Shown here piece by piece: positions 61,022 to 64,000 of a stretch of DNA of 64,000 nucleotides. Numbering within the stretch: the stretch's first letter is position 1; every line of letters starts with the position of its first letter. Under the pieces are notes generated by a model that saw only the letters and a list, made by a program, of their open reading frames with translations, ran no database searches and was not told where the DNA came from. Position numbers and translations under genes: made by a program. This stretch comes from a virus (taxonomy: Duplodnaviria; Heunggongvirae; Uroviricota; Caudoviricetes), in the IMG/VR virus record IMGVR_UViG_2799112330_000002, positions 64,001 to 128,000 of that record. One strand, given 5' to 3'.

Positions 61022-61696
61022 ATGAAGAAACTAAATCAGTTTATAACGGAAAAGTTTAGGCTTTCAAAAGACAATCTTAATTCTAAATATAACTATTTCC
61101 CAGAGACAAGAGATGAACTTCAAAAATTAGTAAAAAAATTGATTAAAGAAAGAGGTAATAATGCTGATCTAAATGATATAGATACTTCTGAAATTACTGA
61201 TATGTTCGGTATATTTTCTTGGGAAAAATTCAATGGAGATATATCAGAATGGAATGTAAGTAATGTTGAAAATATGAATACAATGTTCATGCATTCTAAA
61301 TTTAACGGAGATATATCTAAATGGAATGTAAGTAAAGTTGAAAACATGCATGGAATGTTTGCTGGCGCCGAATTTGATGGAGATGTTTCTAAATGGAATG
61401 TTAGTAATGTTAAATATGCTGGGTATATGTTTAGTGGTTCTAAATTCAATGGAGATATATCTAATTGGAATGTAAGCAATGTTGAAAACATGGAAGCTAT
61501 GTTTAAAGATTCTATATTTAACAGAGATATTTCTCAGTGGGATATAAGTAATGTTAAAAATATGAAAGAGATGTTTTTGGGATCTGAATTCAATCAAGAT
61601 ATATCTAATTGGAATACATCTAATGTTAAAGATATGAGATATATGTTTAATAATTCGCCATTAGCAAAAAATCCGCCCGCATGGTATAAAGAATAA
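61022..61696 (+). CDS. DUF285/BspA-type LRR repeat protein with leader MKKLNQFITE, copy 2
   Basis: same length (224 aa), identical first 33 aa, same repeats. Confidence 0.85.
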   Translation: MKKLNQFITEKFRLSKDNLNSKYNYFPETRDELQKLVKKLIKERGNNADLNDIDTSEITDMFGIFSWEKFNGDISEWNVSNVENMNTMFMHSKFNGDISKWNVSKVENMHGMFAGAEFDGDVSKWNVSNVKYAGYMFSGSKFNGDISNWNVSNVENMEAMFKDSIFNRDISQWDISNVKNMKEMFLGSEFNQDISNWNTSNVKDMRYMFNNSPLAKNPPAWYKE

Positions 61697-61718
61697 AATC
61701 AAGAATATAATAATATAT

Positions 61719-61907
61719 ATGAAAGAAATTAATGTAATATGTGTTGAAGACTTAAGTGTCAACAGAAAAGACATAAACATTACATTTAGAAAGAATGAAG
61801 AATATTCTGCTTCAAGAATAAACAGTAAATGGTGGATAGTGGAGCAGATAGGGATAGATAATGAGACATATGAAAAATATTTTATAGAAAAAATAAGTAA
61901 TAAATAA
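61719..61907 (+). CDS. hypothetical protein
   Basis: 62-aa ORF in operon. Confidence 0.5.
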   Translation: MKEINVICVEDLSVNRKDINITFRKNEEYSASRINSKWWIVEQIGIDNETYEKYFIEKISNK

Positions 61908-61909
61908 AA

Positions 61910-62167
61910 ATGAAGCAAATAAATGAATATCTGCAAGGAGGAAATACTTTTAAGAATGAAGTAAGATACTCTAAATCTGATTGGGAAAAATGGAAGAAAG
62001 CAACTACAGAAGATGTATTGGTTGGAAACTATGAAGATGACAAGGATCTAGAACTTGTATATATTCCTGATCATAATGACAAAAAAATTGAACATATAGG
62101 TACATATAACAAGAAAAAGGAGATTCTATGGTGTGATGACATAGCTTTCTTTGGACATGAAGTATAG
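61910..62167 (+). CDS. hypothetical protein with degenerate leader MKQINEYLQG
   Basis: ORF; partial leader match. Confidence 0.55.
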   Translation: MKQINEYLQGGNTFKNEVRYSKSDWEKWKKATTEDVLVGNYEDDKDLELVYIPDHNDKKIEHIGTYNKKKEILWCDDIAFFGHEV

Positions 62168-62244
62168 ATTGAATTTTTTGAAATAATTTACTATATTATT
62201 ATTGTAAATATTTTATTGTAAATAACATTAAATATCTGTAAGTC

Positions 62245-62469
62245 ATGGAAAAGTATTTTGTAGTTTGGTTCACAGTTAATGCAAAGAATCCCTATCACAC
62301 TGAGGAACAGGAGACTATCTATAATGAAGACCACTTCAATACAAGAAATGAAGCTCATAAGCTCATCAATAATACAACTATTGACTATGAAGAGGCAATG
62401 GTCTATCAAGTTAAAAAATATGACAACAGAACCATTTATAAACAAGTAGATGTATTTTGTAAAGTATAA
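62245..62469 (+). CDS. hypothetical protein
   Basis: preceded by TTGAAT-N17-TATATT at 62169-62197. Confidence 0.6.
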   Translation: MEKYFVVWFTVNAKNPYHTEEQETIYNEDHFNTRNEAHKLINNTTIDYEEAMVYQVKKYDNRTIYKQVDVFCKV

Positions 62470-62509
62470 TATATGAAACGTATAGAATAATTCACACAGA
62501 TATACACAG

Positions 62510-62585
62510 AATGAATCGGACTCATCTCAAATATATTTTATAAGTAATTTAATATTTACTAGAATTGAGATGAGTCCGATTCATT
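62510..62585. repeat. perfect 21-bp inverted repeat with 34-nt AT-rich spacer
   Basis: AATGAATCGGACTCATCTCAA (62510-62530) / TTGAGATGAGTCCGATTCATT (62565-62585). Confidence 0.9.
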
Positions 62586-62667
62586 TATGATGAGATTCTA
62601 CATATTTACTCTTAACATTTCTTTTATATTATTATTAAATATATATTAAATTAATTATACTAATATT

Positions 62668-63207
62668 ATGAAAAGTATTAATTCATTCTTAACGGAAGCT
62701 ATTAAAGATGTTGATAAGGGAATTATTGATATGCTTAATCTATTTGCTAATAATAGTGATGGATATAGAAAAGAACTGTATTCTCAAATGGCTAAAGATG
62801 CTAATTCAATTGATATAGTTTCATTAGATGAAGTTTTTACAAAAGAAGAAATAAAAGAAATAAAGAAAAGAGTACAACCACAACCAAAATGCTGTTATGA
62901 GAATGCTTGGAAACTTTGTGACAGATTTGAATATGAAGGAAAGCATAAGATAGAATACTGTGAAGGATATATGAACTATAAGGGACTGCCAATAGAACAT
63001 GCCTTCAATAAAGTAGACGGTAAATATGTAGACATAACAGTTGAGTTAGCGTTAAAAAGAGATCCCAATGATGACACTTATATAGTAATTGGAGAATTTG
63101 ATACCGATAAAGTAAGAGAAATACTTGTTCAAAACGGATTCTATGGTAATATCTATGATACAATATTTCTGAACAAATACAAAGAAAAAATATCTAAAGT
63201 TGCATAA
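62668..63207 (+). CDS. transglutaminase/papain-like fold protein with leader MKSINSFLTE
   Basis: leader; CCYENA, EGY, EHAFNKVDGKYVDIT (C-H-D triad). Confidence 0.7.
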   Translation: MKSINSFLTEAIKDVDKGIIDMLNLFANNSDGYRKELYSQMAKDANSIDIVSLDEVFTKEEIKEIKKRVQPQPKCCYENAWKLCDRFEYEGKHKIEYCEGYMNYKGLPIEHAFNKVDGKYVDITVELALKRDPNDDTYIVIGEFDTDKVREILVQNGFYGNIYDTIFLNKYKEKISKVA

Positions 63208-63277
63208 TTATATTCATTCTTATTGAATTTTTGAATATTGTTACTATATTAATAATGTAATTAAAACAATTAAAGAT

Positions 63278-63502
63278 ATGGATATACTTATTTATTATTT
63301 GATAGGTTGGCTGATTTTTTCAGTATGTATATATCTCTATAATGTATACGGAGATGATTGCAAAGAAAGCAAAAAGCTTTGGGTATGGAGAAGTTTCTGG
63401 TATGGAATATATTCTTGGGCTGGAATTATTCTTTGGTTAGTCATCTTCATTGTTTTTATAGTGTTTGAAATTAATGATTGGGTTGAAGAAAAACTAAAGT
63501 AG
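63278..63502 (+). CDS. small two-TM membrane protein
   Basis: two hydrophobic segments; promoter at 63223-63250. Confidence 0.6.
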   Translation: MDILIYYLIGWLIFSVCIYLYNVYGDDCKESKKLWVWRSFWYGIYSWAGIILWLVIFIVFIVFEINDWVEEKLK

Positions 63503-63530
63503 ACAAATTCATTATATATTATGAAAAACT

Positions 63531-63556
63531 AAGGGTAACTTTAATGTTACCCTTTT
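63531..63556. terminator. bidirectional terminator
   Basis: AAGGGTAAC-TTTAAT-GTTACCCTTTT between convergent genes. Confidence 0.8.
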
Positions 63557-63579
63557 CTTGTTTATATCTTAAATAATTA

Positions 63580-63999
63580 TTATCCCATTTCAAATGAGTC
63601 TTCTACATTACCGCAAGTTACTTTGATTTCATCTCCTTCATTGAATGTAGTAGCAGTAAATTGTGCAATATAATTTGAAGGATTGACTGTCTCTATAAAA
63701 GTATCATTTACATATAATGAAAGACTATCAGTTGTATCAAAGTTAGTATAGCATTTAATTACTCTGTCAACTTTCTTAGTATAGTTTTGTCCACATATAT
63801 GAATAAATGGAGTAGGATTCCACCACGCTTTATATAAGTAGAATGTATCTTTCTTAGTAATATGATCACGTTCTACAAGACCTTTATTGTTCAATCTTCT
63901 TAATGAATCATCTGTTGTTACTGTTTCTCCATCAAGACATACAGTATAACCTTCATTACGATTAGATACTGCAATATCAAATAATTGCCATTGTGATGT
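63580..63999 (-). CDS. glycoside hydrolase family 2 (beta-galactosidase-like), C-terminal part; gene runs off the window
   Basis: frame open to the edge: WQLFDIAVSNRNEG...NNKGLVERDH...KKDTFYLYKAWW...CYTN...LYVN. Confidence 0.8.
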   Translation of the reverse strand, partial: TSQWQLFDIAVSNRNEGYTVCLDGETVTTDDSLRRLNNKGLVERDHITKKDTFYLYKAWWNPTPFIHICGQNYTKKVDRVIKCYTNFDTTDSLSLYVNDTFIETVNPSNYIAQFTATTFNEGDEIKVTCGNVEDSFEMG

Positions 64000-64000
64000 A

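Noticed and set aside
60328-61696. Diversity-generating retroelement template/variable repeat pair
   Set aside because: Differences are not confined to adenines, both copies are full ORFs, and no reverse transcriptase is present in the window.
61719-61907. MKEINVICVE as a capsid-targeting leader
   Set aside because: It has Glu at position 10 but lacks the aromatic-aliphatic pair; too weak to count.
945-61936. Many short antisense or alternative-frame ORFs in the track (e.g. 945-1199, 4070-4465, 19827-20306, 27222-27647, 60569-60925)
   Set aside because: They overlap well-supported genes and look like shadow frames of biased codon usage.
1-64000. tRNA or rRNA genes
   Set aside because: No cloverleaf or rRNA-like GC-rich segment was seen by eye; tRNAscan-SE would confirm.

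Overview
A very AT-rich segment of a large T4-like (myovirus, probably jumbo) phage genome, read in the standard genetic code with almost all genes on the + strand. It holds the head module (gp21-like prohead protease fused to a scaffold, gp23-like major capsid protein) and tail module (gp18-like sheath, two gp19-like tubes, a 3234-aa CotH/LRR protein, putative fibre proteins). It also has replication genes (UvsW-like helicase, gp32-like SSB), a MoxR AAA+/vWA pair, NrdG, and an anaerobic ribonucleotide reductase NrdD broken into three genes, the middle one interrupted by a 350-nt group I intron next to a free-standing endonuclease. The main observation is that about 23 mostly unrelated ORFs (18 in one array at 3996-18075, the rest at 51.6-63.2 kb) start with the same ~10-aa leader, M-K-x-[LI]-x-x-[YF]-[IL]-x-E. 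This resembles the T4 capsid-targeting sequence (MKTYQEFIAE), which gp21 cleaves after Glu. The cargoes look like enzymes (HAD phosphatase, ligase-like nucleotidyltransferase, PD-(D/E)xK nuclease-like, ART-like, Cys-His-Asp hydrolase-like) and LRR proteins. Junction duplications and orphan leader stubs suggest cassette turnover, i.e. a large, modular set of head-packaged proteins injected with the DNA. Lack of Shine-Dalgarno motifs and the gene content hint at an anaerobic Bacteroidota host (inference). All family assignments come from motif recognition by eye; no database search was run.
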